A DNA stretch of 64,000 nucleotides. Origin: a virus (lineage: Duplodnaviria; Caudoviricetes). This document shows, piece after piece, positions 46,524-55,985 of the stretch. The stretch lies in the IMG/VR virus record IMGVR_UViG_2507262055_000001; one strand, written 5' to 3'. The translations under genes and the position numbers were made by a program. The notes beneath the pieces are model-generated. The model was not told the DNA's origin, ran no database searches, and saw only the letters and a list, made by a program, of their open reading frames with translations. The stretch's first letter is position 1. The number at the start of each line of letters is the position of its first letter.

Positions 46524-46924
46524 GCAAGGCGTTCGAGCCCTATGTCGGCATTCCCTATCTCGAGCGCGGCCGGAGCATCTCCGGCTGCGATTGCTACGGC
46601 CTGGTGCGACTGGTGCTGGCCGAGCTGCGGGGCGCCGAGCTGCCGTCCTTTGTCGAGGCCTACGTCTCAGCAACCGACCGCGCCGCGCTGGCGCGGTTGA
46701 TCGCAGGCGAGATCGCGCCATGGCAGCCCGTTGCGTTCGGCGAGGAGCGGCCCTTCGACGGCGTGCTGATGCGGGCAGGGCGGCTGTTGTCCCATATCGG
46801 CCTGGTGGTCGAGCCGGGGCGGCTGCTGCACGTCAGCGAGGGCGAAGAGTCCAGGATCGAGCGCTATCGTGCACCGCCGCTCAGCCATCGCGTCGTCGGG
46901 TTCTACAGGTGGCAGGCCGTATGA
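46520..46924 (+). CDS. NlpC/P60 tail tip protein (TipK-like, no JAB domain)
   Basis: YVGIPY..GR...GCDCYGLVRLV; HIGLVV; LLHV. Confidence 0.85.
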   Translation: MSKAFEPYVGIPYLERGRSISGCDCYGLVRLVLAELRGAELPSFVEAYVSATDRAALARLIAGEIAPWQPVAFGEERPFDGVLMRAGRLLSHIGLVVEPGRLLHVSEGEESRIERYRAPPLSHRVVGFYRWQAV

Positions 46925-49900
46925 TGCTTCCGGTTCGGCAGCTGCACCAGGGCGAGATCCTGTCGCCGGCGGCGACCGTGCGCGTCATCGGGCGGACCCA
47001 TCCGCTCGCCGGCGAGCGCGTGGTGCGCGACGTCGCGGCCGGGCTGTCGATTGCCGAGATCCTCGCGCTTTGCGCCGGTGAGAGCTATGCCGGCGGCTTT
47101 ATCGTTCATATCAACGGGCACGCGGTCCCGCCGGAGCATTTTCGAAAGGTGCGGGTCAAGGCGGGCGCGACCGTTACGTTCATGCCGCGGCTGCAGGGCG
47201 GCGGCAACGTCTGGCGCACCGTCCTGTCGGCGGTCATCGCGGTCACGGCGCTGGTGGTTGCGCCTTATTTGGCGCCCTTCCTTGTCCCGTTGGGGCTGTC
47301 GCTCGGTGTTGCCACCGCTCTTGTCGCCGGTGGCATCATGCTGGCCGGCACGCTGGCGCTCAACGCGCTGTTTCCGGTGCGGCCGCCGCAGCTCGGCGAC
47401 AACACCGCTTCGGCCTCGCTCAATTCGATCCAGGGCGCGCAGAACCAGGCTGCGCCGTTCGGCGCGGTGCCGGTGGTGCTGGGCCGTCACCGCCAGTCGC
47501 CGTTCTATGCCGCCAAGCCCTACACCGAGATTGTCGGCGAGGATCAATATCTCCGGCTGCTGTTCTGTCCCGGCTATGGCCCGCTCGCGATCGACGACTT
47601 GCAGATCGGCGAGACGCTGCTGTCGTCCTATTCCAATTACGATATCGAGGTGCGCCAGGGCCTTGTCTCGGATGCGGCGGTGACGCTCTATCCCGGTACC
47701 GTCGACGAGGTCGCGCTGTCGATCACGCTGGCCAATGGCAATGATCCTGCCGGCTCGGATACCGGCACCGGCGGCCCATGGCAGAGCCTGACCACGCCGC
47801 CCGACACCGACGAGATCTCGCTCGATTTCGTCGCGCCGCAGGGCTGCTACCAGGTCAACAGCAACAGCGGCAATGCCGACGAATATCGCGTCACCATCAA
47901 GTGCCAGTATCGGCCGGTGGGGACGGTCAGCTGGTTCAACATGTCGGACGCCGTCTTCAATCGCTCGACCAGCCCGATCAGGCGCGGCGTGCGCGAGGTG
48001 GTTGCGCGCGGACAGTACGAGGTGCGCGCCAAGAAACAGACCGGCGATGGCCGTGACGACAAGATCAAGGACGAGGTGGCGTGGACCGCGATCCGCTCGC
48101 TCAAGAACGCGGCGCCGATCGGCTTTGCCAAGCCGCTGGCCTTGATCGCCCTGCGGATCCGCGCCAGCGATCAGCTGTCCGGCGTCATCAGCACCCTGAA
48201 CTGTATCACCACCTCGCTGGTCAAGGCCTATTCCGGCGCTGGCAATGTGTGGAGCGACGACACCGCCTCGCAATGGCCGCCGGATCTGTTCCGGCATGTG
48301 CTGCAGGGCCCGGCCAATGCGCGGCCGGTTGCCGATGCCGGCATTGATCTCGGCAATCTGCAGGAATGGTGGGTCTACTGCGTCGCCAACGGTTTCAAAT
48401 TCAACCAGGTGCTGACATCGGCAGGCTCGGTCTATGACAAGCTTGCCGACATCGCCGCAGCTGGCCGCGCCGTTCCGACTTTCATCAACGGCAAATGGGG
48501 CGTGATCTGGGACCGGCCGGATGATGCCATCGTGCAGCACTTCACCCCGCGTAACTCCTGGGGTTTCCAGCTGCAGCACCCCTATGCCCAGCAGCCGCAC
48601 GGCTGGCGAGTCAGCTTCATCAACGAGGACAACGGCTTCACGCAGGACGAGCGCATCGTCTACGACGACGGCTACGATGCCACCAATGCGACCCTGTTTG
48701 AGGGGTTACAGTTTCCCGGTGTCACCGATCCTGACGGCATCTGGAAGCACGGCCGGTTTCATATCGCGCAGTCCCGGCTGCGGCCGGAGAAGATCTCGCT
48801 CAATGTCGGCTGGGAGCATCTTGTCTGCACCCGCGGCGATCGCGTCCGGGTCACTCACGACGTGCTGCTGATCGGGCTCGCTGCGGCCCGGGTCAAGGCA
48901 GTTCCGGGTCAGACCATAATGGTGGATGGAATTGAGGTGACGCTCGGCGCGCAGGAGATCGTGATCGATGAGACCGTCACGATTGAGGCCGGCAAGACCT
49001 ACGGCATGACCTTCCGCGTCCCCGACGACGTTCGCACCATCACCCGCGCCGTCGATGCGGTGATGACGGCTGGCGACTATACCGCGCTGACGCTGGTCGG
49101 GGACCTCTCCGGCATTGCCGACGGCGTCCTGGTCGCCTTCGGCGAGACCGACCGCGCCAGTGCCAATTATCGCGTCCAGGGGATCGCGCACCAGAAAGAC
49201 CTGATCGCAACCCTGACCCTGGTCGACGATGCCCCGGAAATATCGCAGGCCGATCAGGGCGAGATCCCGGCCTACAATCCGAACGTCACAATCCCGGCCG
49301 ATCCGTTCTCGCTGCCTCCGCGCGACCTGCAGTATCTCGAGGTGATCGACGGCTATGGTGCTTCGGTCCGCGCCCTTGTGCACCTGTCCTGGCAACTGCC
49401 GCGCTTCGGCAATGTCGCATCCTTCGAGGTGCAGCAGCAGGATAACGATGGCGGCGCGGCCTGGGTGACGGTTGCGTCCGTGCTGCCGCCGAACATGTCG
49501 GCGGACGTACCGATTATCGCGGCTGGTGCATGGAGCTTTCGGGTTCGCTGCGTCTTCACCAACGGCACGGTGTCGGCGTGGACGGCGCTCAACGGGCTGG
49601 CTCTGCTCGGACTGTCGTCTGTTCCGGGCGACATCGTCAACCTGCACCAGCACAGCGTCGATGGCCAGACCGTGCTGGATTGGGACGATGTCACCGATCA
49701 CCGCCTGGTCTATTACGAGGTCCGCAAAGGCACTTCGTGGGACACCGGCCTGGTCGTCGGCGATGTCGTCACCCAGCCGCCATGGCCCACCACGGGCGAC
49801 GGCACCTATCACGTCAGGGCCTATGTGCTGTCGCCGTTCGGCGTGCGGATCTACAGCGCTTCCACAGCCTCGATCGCGATCGCCGATTCCATCATCTCGC

Positions 49901-50754
49901 GCAACATCATCGTCTCCAACGATGAGCAGGCTGCGGGATGGCCGGGTGGGCTCGATGGCGGCGTCATCGCCGGCAGCTTCATCCGCACCGACGTCGGCGC
50001 GGCGATCTCGATGCCTTGGGCGCAGGAGATCGTCGACCAGCTCAGCCTCGATGGCCTGCACATCGCGGTCTATCTCTCTTCGGTGATCGTGGACATCGGT
50101 CGCGCCGCCGAGTGCCGGTTCTGGACCGAGTACGAGGCCTCCGGTGTGCTGCAAGGCGAGGATTTTCTGGCGCAGCCGGACGTCCTTGGATCGGGCGATA
50201 TTCTCGGGACCTCGCCAACACGCTTCATCCAGGCGTTCCCGATCTGGCGGTTTGCATCCTCGGGCACCAACGACGTCTTTACGCCGACGGACGTGTTTGC
50301 GCCGACCGACGTGTTCACGGCGGATGTTGTTTGGGGGGATTTCGTTGCGATCGCGTCGGGCACGCGGGTCGGTCGGTACTTTCGCGCGGGCTTGGTGCTG
50401 ATCACCAACGACGCAACCACGGACGCGACCGGCACGAAGTTCAGTTGGTTCGTCGACGTGCCCGATCGCAATGACGACTACACCGAGCTCGCCGTGCCGA
50501 ACACCGGGCTCGAGGTCACCTTCTATAGCGGCGGCTATGACGCCACGCCCGCGGGCGGGGCCACGCCGGTGCCGTTCAATGGTGGCCCGAACGGGTCAAC
50601 CGTGCCGCACGTGCAGCGCGCCATCATCAACGGCAGCAACGGCGACGAGGTCAAGGTCACCAACCTCACGCTGGCGGGCTGCACCGTCCATGTCGTCAAC
50701 GCCGGCTCCAACGTGACGCGCAGCGGCGTCAATCTTCTGGTTCGCGGCTTTTAG
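46921..50754 (+). CDS. Central tail fibre/host-specificity protein (TipJ-like) with fused N-terminal TipI/ubiquitin-like domain
   Basis: RLQGGG; VPVVLGRHR; LIALRIRASDQLSG; GDRVRVTHD; FN3-like repeats. Confidence 0.85.
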   Translation: MMLPVRQLHQGEILSPAATVRVIGRTHPLAGERVVRDVAAGLSIAEILALCAGESYAGGFIVHINGHAVPPEHFRKVRVKAGATVTFMPRLQGGGNVWRTVLSAVIAVTALVVAPYLAPFLVPLGLSLGVATALVAGGIMLAGTLALNALFPVRPPQLGDNTASASLNSIQGAQNQAAPFGAVPVVLGRHRQSPFYAAKPYTEIVGEDQYLRLLFCPGYGPLAIDDLQIGETLLSSYSNYDIEVRQGLVSDAAVTLYPGTVDEVALSITLANGNDPAGSDTGTGGPWQSLTTPPDTDEISLDFVAPQGCYQVNSNSGNADEYRVTIKCQYRPVGTVSWFNMSDAVFNRSTSPIRRGVREVVARGQYEVRAKKQTGDGRDDKIKDEVAWTAIRSLKNAAPIGFAKPLALIALRIRASDQLSGVISTLNCITTSLVKAYSGAGNVWSDDTASQWPPDLFRHVLQGPANARPVADAGIDLGNLQEWWVYCVANGFKFNQVLTSAGSVYDKLADIAAAGRAVPTFINGKWGVIWDRPDDAIVQHFTPRNSWGFQLQHPYAQQPHGWRVSFINEDNGFTQDERIVYDDGYDATNATLFEGLQFPGVTDPDGIWKHGRFHIAQSRLRPEKISLNVGWEHLVCTRGDRVRVTHDVLLIGLAAARVKAVPGQTIMVDGIEVTLGAQEIVIDETVTIEAGKTYGMTFRVPDDVRTITRAVDAVMTAGDYTALTLVGDLSGIADGVLVAFGETDRASANYRVQGIAHQKDLIATLTLVDDAPEISQADQGEIPAYNPNVTIPADPFSLPPRDLQYLEVIDGYGASVRALVHLSWQLPRFGNVASFEVQQQDNDGGAAWVTVASVLPPNMSADVPIIAAGAWSFRVRCVFTNGTVSAWTALNGLALLGLSSVPGDIVNLHQHSVDGQTVLDWDDVTDHRLVYYEVRKGTSWDTGLVVGDVVTQPPWPTTGDGTYHVRAYVLSPFGVRIYSASTASIAIADSIISRNIIVSNDEQAAGWPGGLDGGVIAGSFIRTDVGAAISMPWAQEIVDQLSLDGLHIAVYLSSVIVDIGRAAECRFWTEYEASGVLQGEDFLAQPDVLGSGDILGTSPTRFIQAFPIWRFASSGTNDVFTPTDVFAPTDVFTADVVWGDFVAIASGTRVGRYFRAGLVLITNDATTDATGTKFSWFVDVPDRNDDYTELAVPNTGLEVTFYSGGYDATPAGGATPVPFNGGPNGSTVPHVQRAIINGSNGDEVKVTNLTLAGCTVHVVNAGSNVTRSGVNLLVRGF

Positions 50755-50766
50755 GAGCATCACGAA

Positions 50767-52212
50767 ATGAAGCGTCAACTTCACCTGATCGCCATCGCGG
50801 CGATCGCGGGATCGATCGCGGCCGGCGCCGTGCAGTCGCTGATCTCGGCCTGGGCCGTGCAGAACGAGTTGGTGCCGCCGACGTCCGGCATCTACACCGG
50901 CGTGCAGTACTCGCAAAAGATCGGCGATGCTTTTCGATCGCTCGCGAGCTGCAACAAAGGCGCAACCGCGCCGGCCAATGTTGGCGGCGCGACGGTCGAC
51001 GGCCTTTGTTGGATCGACGATTCCCTGACGCCGTGGAGCGTCAAGCAATATGTCAACGGCGGCTGGGCCGTCACCGGCTACCTCGATCCCTCCAACAGCA
51101 GTTTTTCGGGCGTCGTCGGCGGCGGGCTTGGTTCGATCGCCTCGGCCTCGACCACGGATCTCGGCTCGGTGCCGCAAGCCAGCGTGACCATCACGGGCAC
51201 CGCGACGATCTCCGCGTTCGGTTCGGCCGCGCCAGATGGTACGATCAAGTTCATTCGGTTTGCTGGCGCGTTGAAGCTTGCCAATTCTGCCGCGCTTGCG
51301 GTCCCTGGCGGCTATGACCTGGTCACGGCGGCCGGCGACCGCGCGATCGTCACACATCTCGGCAGCGGCAGCTGGGAAATTACGCAATACACCCGTGCCA
51401 ATGGCATTCCGGTCGACGTCGCGTCGGTCGGAAAGATCGAGTACGGCAATTTCGAAAGCATCCCGCCGAATAGCGTTTCCGGCTACGGCCAGGCGCTGTC
51501 CAGGGCGAGCTATCCGGTTTACCTGGCAAAGGTGACGCGGGCGCAGAACGGCACCCGTACCTCCGGCAATGCGACGATCACGGGCATCGCCAACACGGAA
51601 GGGTTCGGCCCCGGCATGCCGGTCGAGGGCACCGGCATCAATGCCGGCTGCATCATCGCGAGCTTCGTTCAGAACACCTCGATCACTCTCAACTCGTCCT
51701 CTTGCGTTACTGCGTCGGGGACATCGGCCGTTACTGTGTTTCTGACGGGCTACGGCGTTTCGGGGAACTCCACCACGGTCGGTGTCAAGGATTGCCGCGG
51801 CCGAGCCCTTGCGGGGCGTGATCTCTTCAGAAACGGCGCTTGGGCAAACCGGCTGACCCCGTCCTATTTTGGTGTGGACTCATCGATATCTGGCATCGCC
51901 AATGGTTCGGAATTTCAGACGCTGACCCTCGGCCAGCTCCCGACTGGGATTACCGTCGCCGGGACCATTCACGTCACCTCGGATCAGGGCAACATCCCGT
52001 CGAGCACAACCCAATCGGGTGCGGTCGATGCCACCAGTGGCACTCGCTGGGGCATCATCGGGCCGGCCTCAGGCACCACGCCTGCGACGATCGGCGACAT
52101 CACGTCGACCGGTACGGCGCAAACCATGACGTCGACGAACACCAGCGGCAATTCGCATCCGATCGTACCTCCGACGCTGATCGCCGACTGCGTCGTTCGC
52201 GTGACGCCGTAA
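50767..52212 (+). CDS. Tail-fibre/collar-like protein with predicted Sec signal
   Basis: MKRQLHLIAIAAIAGSIAAGAVQSLISAWA|; collar-like KDCRGRALAG; C-terminal HPIVPPTL; 6 Cys. Confidence 0.7.
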   Translation: MKRQLHLIAIAAIAGSIAAGAVQSLISAWAVQNELVPPTSGIYTGVQYSQKIGDAFRSLASCNKGATAPANVGGATVDGLCWIDDSLTPWSVKQYVNGGWAVTGYLDPSNSSFSGVVGGGLGSIASASTTDLGSVPQASVTITGTATISAFGSAAPDGTIKFIRFAGALKLANSAALAVPGGYDLVTAAGDRAIVTHLGSGSWEITQYTRANGIPVDVASVGKIEYGNFESIPPNSVSGYGQALSRASYPVYLAKVTRAQNGTRTSGNATITGIANTEGFGPGMPVEGTGINAGCIIASFVQNTSITLNSSSCVTASGTSAVTVFLTGYGVSGNSTTVGVKDCRGRALAGRDLFRNGAWANRLTPSYFGVDSSISGIANGSEFQTLTLGQLPTGITVAGTIHVTSDQGNIPSSTTQSGAVDATSGTRWGIIGPASGTTPATIGDITSTGTAQTMTSTNTSGNSHPIVPPTLIADCVVRVTP

Positions 52213-52240
52213 AGCGCCCTCTGGAAAAGGAACACTTCGC

Positions 52241-54277
52241 ATGAAGCTGCAACGCCTTCTCGGCGCGGTCTGCGCTGCGCTGCTGCTTGTCGCGCCGCTG
52301 CGCGCGGCCGAGCAGTCGAGCTATGTCACGCCGACCGCCGGGCCGATGAGCATGGCCACGTTCACGGCGACCTATCTCAATCCGGCACTCCGGGCGCTGG
52401 CGGCATGCCACAACGGTTCATCGGCGCCGGCAAACGGGCCGAGCAGTGCGCCGATGGCCTATCAGGTCTGGTGCGACACCACGACCAACCCGGCGATCGT
52501 CAAGCGCTATGACGGCGCGTCCTGGGTGGCCATCGGTGCGCTCGATACCGTCTCCCACGCTTGGACGCCGTACCTCACCGGTGGCACCTCCGGCGGCCTG
52601 CCTTACTTCTCGAGCACGGGGGTGATGGCGTCCTCGGCCTTGCTGGCGCAGAACGGTTTTGTCGTCGGCGGTGGCGCTGGTGCGGCGCCGGCCTCGATCG
52701 CGGCGTGCACGGCCGACCAGATCGCGTTCGGCCGGACCGGAAGCGCGCCGCTGTGCCGCACGGTGACCGGTGACATCAGCTTTGCGACTGGCGTCAGCGC
52801 GGTCGGCGCCTCCAAGGTCACCTCGGCGATGCTCAATGCCGACGTATTCTCGACCGCGCATAGCTGGTCCGGCCAGCAGACTTTGGTGGCGCCGATCCTG
52901 GGCACGCCGGCCTCCGGGACGCTCACCAACGCCACGGGCCTGCCGATCGCGACGGGCGTCTCCGGGCTTGGCACCGGCGTCGCTGCGGCGCTCGCGGTCA
53001 ATACCGGCTCTGCCGGCGCGCCGGTGTTGTTCAATGGCGCGTTGGGAGCGCCATCGTCGGGCACGCTGACCAATGCGACGGGGCTGCCGGTGGCGAGCGG
53101 CGTCAGTGGGCTTGGGACCGGGGTTGCGACATTTCTGGCGACGCCGTCCAGCGCGAATCTGCGTGCGGCGTTGACCGACGAGGTCGGGACCGGGGCGGCG
53201 TATTTCATCGGCGGCGCGCTGGGCACGCCGGCCTCGGGCACAGCAACCAATCTGACTGGGCTTCCGATATCGAGCGGACTGACCGGAGCCGGGACGGGGG
53301 TTCTCACGGCGCTCGGCACCAACGTCGGCTCCGCCGGCTCGGTCATCGTGAATGGTGGTGCGCTGGGGACGCCGTCCTCGGGAACGCTAACCAGCGCGAC
53401 CGGCTTGCCGCTGTCGACCGGCGTCACCGGAACGCTGCCGCTCAGCAATGGCGGCACCGGCCAGACCACGGCAGCGGCGGCGCGCGCCTCGTCCGGCCTC
53501 AATGTCGAGAGCTTCACCGGCCACGGCGACTCCATCTACACGATCCTGGCGACCGATCGCACCGTTGGCACCAACGCGGCCTTTACGGCCTCGCGCACCT
53601 GGACTCTGCCGGCCGCCAGCGTCGTCAATCCCGGCCAGGACCTTGTTGTTGCCGACTTCCAGGGCACGGTGACGGGAACCAATACGCTGGTGATCCAGCG
53701 CGCCGGCTCTGACACCGTCAACGGCGGCAGTGCGGTCACGATCTCGGTTGCGAACGGCGCCTATCTCTTCAAGAGCGACGGCGTCTCGAAATGGACCGCG
53801 CAATCGATGGGCGCGGCCTCAGGCGGCGGCGTTTCCAGCGTGACGTGCTTTGGCGTGGCGATAACGAGCTCCGGCACCTGTGCGACGGCCGCAACGAAGT
53901 CGGATCAGCAGACCGGCACTTCGACGACGGCGATCGTCACGCCATCGCAGCAGCAAAGTCATGATAGTGCGCTGAAGGCCTCGGCCGTTATCACGCAGTC
54001 TGCCGGGACATACACCCTGGTCGCCGCTCCCGTCAGCTACGGCGTCGCGTCGATCTCAAAATCATCGACAGGCATCGTGGTGGTGACGCTGAGCACGGCG
54101 ATGGCGAGTGCTAACTACAAGGTGTTGTGCATGGCCACCCAGACCACGCCAGTCACCGTCCAGGAAGCGGGCGGAAACAGAACGACGACCACATTCGAGA
54201 TAAGAATCCAGAGCGTCGGGGCAACCCCCGCCGCAACCGACAGTGGATTTTCCTGCGACGTTTCCGGGCGTCAGTGA
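52241..54277 (+). CDS. Tail-fibre-like protein with Sec signal and four GTP(A/S)SGT repeats
   Basis: MKLQRLLGAVCAALLLVAPLRA|AE; LPLSNGGTG; N-terminal domain homologous to 50767; 8 mature Cys. Confidence 0.75.
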   Translation: MKLQRLLGAVCAALLLVAPLRAAEQSSYVTPTAGPMSMATFTATYLNPALRALAACHNGSSAPANGPSSAPMAYQVWCDTTTNPAIVKRYDGASWVAIGALDTVSHAWTPYLTGGTSGGLPYFSSTGVMASSALLAQNGFVVGGGAGAAPASIAACTADQIAFGRTGSAPLCRTVTGDISFATGVSAVGASKVTSAMLNADVFSTAHSWSGQQTLVAPILGTPASGTLTNATGLPIATGVSGLGTGVAAALAVNTGSAGAPVLFNGALGAPSSGTLTNATGLPVASGVSGLGTGVATFLATPSSANLRAALTDEVGTGAAYFIGGALGTPASGTATNLTGLPISSGLTGAGTGVLTALGTNVGSAGSVIVNGGALGTPSSGTLTSATGLPLSTGVTGTLPLSNGGTGQTTAAAARASSGLNVESFTGHGDSIYTILATDRTVGTNAAFTASRTWTLPAASVVNPGQDLVVADFQGTVTGTNTLVIQRAGSDTVNGGSAVTISVANGAYLFKSDGVSKWTAQSMGAASGGGVSSVTCFGVAITSSGTCATAATKSDQQTGTSTTAIVTPSQQQSHDSALKASAVITQSAGTYTLVAAPVSYGVASISKSSTGIVVVTLSTAMASANYKVLCMATQTTPVTVQEAGGNRTTTTFEIRIQSVGATPAATDSGFSCDVSGRQ

Positions 54278-54471
54278 GTTTGGGCGCACCGAAGCGCGGC
54301 GGCTGCTCCGGCGAACTGACAGAAATGCGCGGTCGCGGTGGCGCTTCCATAGGTGGTCGTGGGTGCGAATGCTGCGAGGGACATCGTGAGCAAAAGCGGA
54401 AGGCATATTCCGCAGGCCGCTGCCGCCAGCCCGACAACGGCTCCCGTCAATATTGCAGCTTGCTCGTCCAT
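54271..54471 (-). CDS. Possible small hydrophobic moron protein (66 aa)
   Basis: GGGGA RBS-like sequence before ATG; hydrophobic N-half; could be spurious. Confidence 0.3.
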   Translation of the reverse strand: MDEQAAILTGAVVGLAAAACGICLPLLLTMSLAAFAPTTTYGSATATAHFCQFAGAAAALRCAQTH

Positions 54472-54628
54472 GTTGTCCCCCCAGCCGCGCGCAACCTGAA
54501 TCGGAATGGCCTGAAAGTCAAGGGTTGGTCGGGAAAACCCGCCAGACCAAGTGGCGCGCCGACGCTGTTCCAGCTCAGGGAACTCTCGATATGCCGCCAT
54601 CGCGGCATCTTCAGAAGGAGCTAAACCA

Positions 54629-55408
54629 ATGACCTACAGCCTGACCTGGCTGCCCGGCGTGCTGCGCGACGCTGGCCTCGAGGTGCTCGAACATCCCGGC
54701 TGGCAAACCCGCGGCCATGGCGATATGGGCAAGGTGCAGGGCGTGTTGTGCCACCACACCTGCGGGCCGCTGCATGGCGATCTGCCCGACATCAATGTGC
54801 TGGTCGACGGCCGGCCGGATCTCGGCGGCCCGCTCTGCAATCTCGGCCTCGGCCGTTCGGGAAAGGTCTACATGATCGCGGCCGGCAAGGGCTGGCACGC
54901 CGGCGCCGGATCCTGGCAGGGCGTCACCGACGGCAATTCACACTTCATCGGCATCGAGGCCGAGAACACCGGCGAGACCAAGGGCCCGCGCGCCGAGGCG
55001 TGGCCCGACGTGCAGATGACGGCCTATATGCGGGTCTGCGCCGCGATCATCACGCACATCGGCGCCGGTGTGGGCATGGTCGCTGGCCACAAGGAATATG
55101 CACGTCCGCTCGGCCGCAAGGACGACCCCAGCTTCGACATGGTGATGTTCCGCGCCGGCGTTGCCCAGAAGGTCGCGAACAAGCCGGTCGCGGCGCAGGT
55201 GCCGCACCAGGCCGCAGGCGCCGGCACCGTCAACATCGACGGCCTCAACGTCCGCTCCAACGCTTCGGCGGCCTCGACCATCGTCGGCGTGCTGTTCAAG
55301 GGCGACAAAGTCGAGGTCAGCGGCGAGGTGATGAACGGCACCAGCAAATGGCTGCGCGTCGCCGGCGGCTACGTCGCCGCGCGCTATGTGGACGTTGCGG
55401 CGGGCTGA
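54629..55408 (+). CDS. Endolysin: Amidase_2 N-acetylmuramoyl-L-alanine amidase + C-terminal SH3b
   Basis: VLCHHT; GKGWHAG; IGIEAEN; GHKEYA; KDDP; LNVRS...GDKVEV...W. Confidence 0.9.
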   Translation: MTYSLTWLPGVLRDAGLEVLEHPGWQTRGHGDMGKVQGVLCHHTCGPLHGDLPDINVLVDGRPDLGGPLCNLGLGRSGKVYMIAAGKGWHAGAGSWQGVTDGNSHFIGIEAENTGETKGPRAEAWPDVQMTAYMRVCAAIITHIGAGVGMVAGHKEYARPLGRKDDPSFDMVMFRAGVAQKVANKPVAAQVPHQAAGAGTVNIDGLNVRSNASAASTIVGVLFKGDKVEVSGEVMNGTSKWLRVAGGYVAARYVDVAAG

Positions 55409-55938
55409 TGGAAACCTGGCTCAACCTGTTCCGCCGGACCCGGCGGGAATATTTCGCGGACTTCTTCATCACGCCGCCGCTCACGCTCGGCCTGGTGCTG
55501 ATCTCGCTGGCGCAGGCTGATTGGTGGTGGCCGGTGCTGTTCGGTGCGGGACTGCTGCTCTGGACCTTCTATGAGTACGTCACGCACCGCTGGGTCGCGC
55601 ACGGCGTACCCTTCTTCCGCGAGGCGCACGCGCTGCACCACAAGGCGCAGCGCGACTACATCGCCCTACATCCAGTGGCGACGCTTGCGATGTATCTGGT
55701 GTTCTGGGCGCTGTTCGGCTTTGGCGGCGGCGCGATGTCGGCCGGGTTTTCGTCAGGCTACGTGTTCTACTCGATCTTGCACACCGCCTTCCATTACGGC
55801 GCGATCGAGCCTGGGCAGGGCCTCTATCGTCTGAAGCTGCGCCACGCGCTGCATCATCGCGCCGATTGCAATTACGGCGTTTCGACCTCGCTTTGGGACC
55901 GCGTCTTCGGCTCCGAGGCCGAGATCCGTCTCGTCTGA
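55408..55938 (+). CDS. Fatty-acid hydroxylase / sterol desaturase family membrane di-iron enzyme
   Basis: His boxes EYVTHRWVAH, HALHH, HTAFH, HALHH plus NYGVSTSLWDRVFGS; TGATG overlap with the endolysin. Confidence 0.88.
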   Translation: METWLNLFRRTRREYFADFFITPPLTLGLVLISLAQADWWWPVLFGAGLLLWTFYEYVTHRWVAHGVPFFREAHALHHKAQRDYIALHPVATLAMYLVFWALFGFGGGAMSAGFSSGYVFYSILHTAFHYGAIEPGQGLYRLKLRHALHHRADCNYGVSTSLWDRVFGSEAEIRLV

Positions 55939-55985
55939 ATCCGCCGCGCGACGGCATCGCGCTCAAGCATCATCGGAGAACGACC

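Noticed and set aside
13622-50154. Long antisense ORFs (e.g. 13622-15436, 18887-20785, 23754-25463, 40225-41496, 46903-48600, 48706-50154)
   Set aside because: They are shadows of well-supported + strand genes in high-GC DNA, with no motifs or RBS
50767-54277. Diversity-generating retroelement or shufflon acting on the fibre genes
   Set aside because: No reverse transcriptase, invertase, or template/variable repeat pair with adenine-specific mismatches was found in the window
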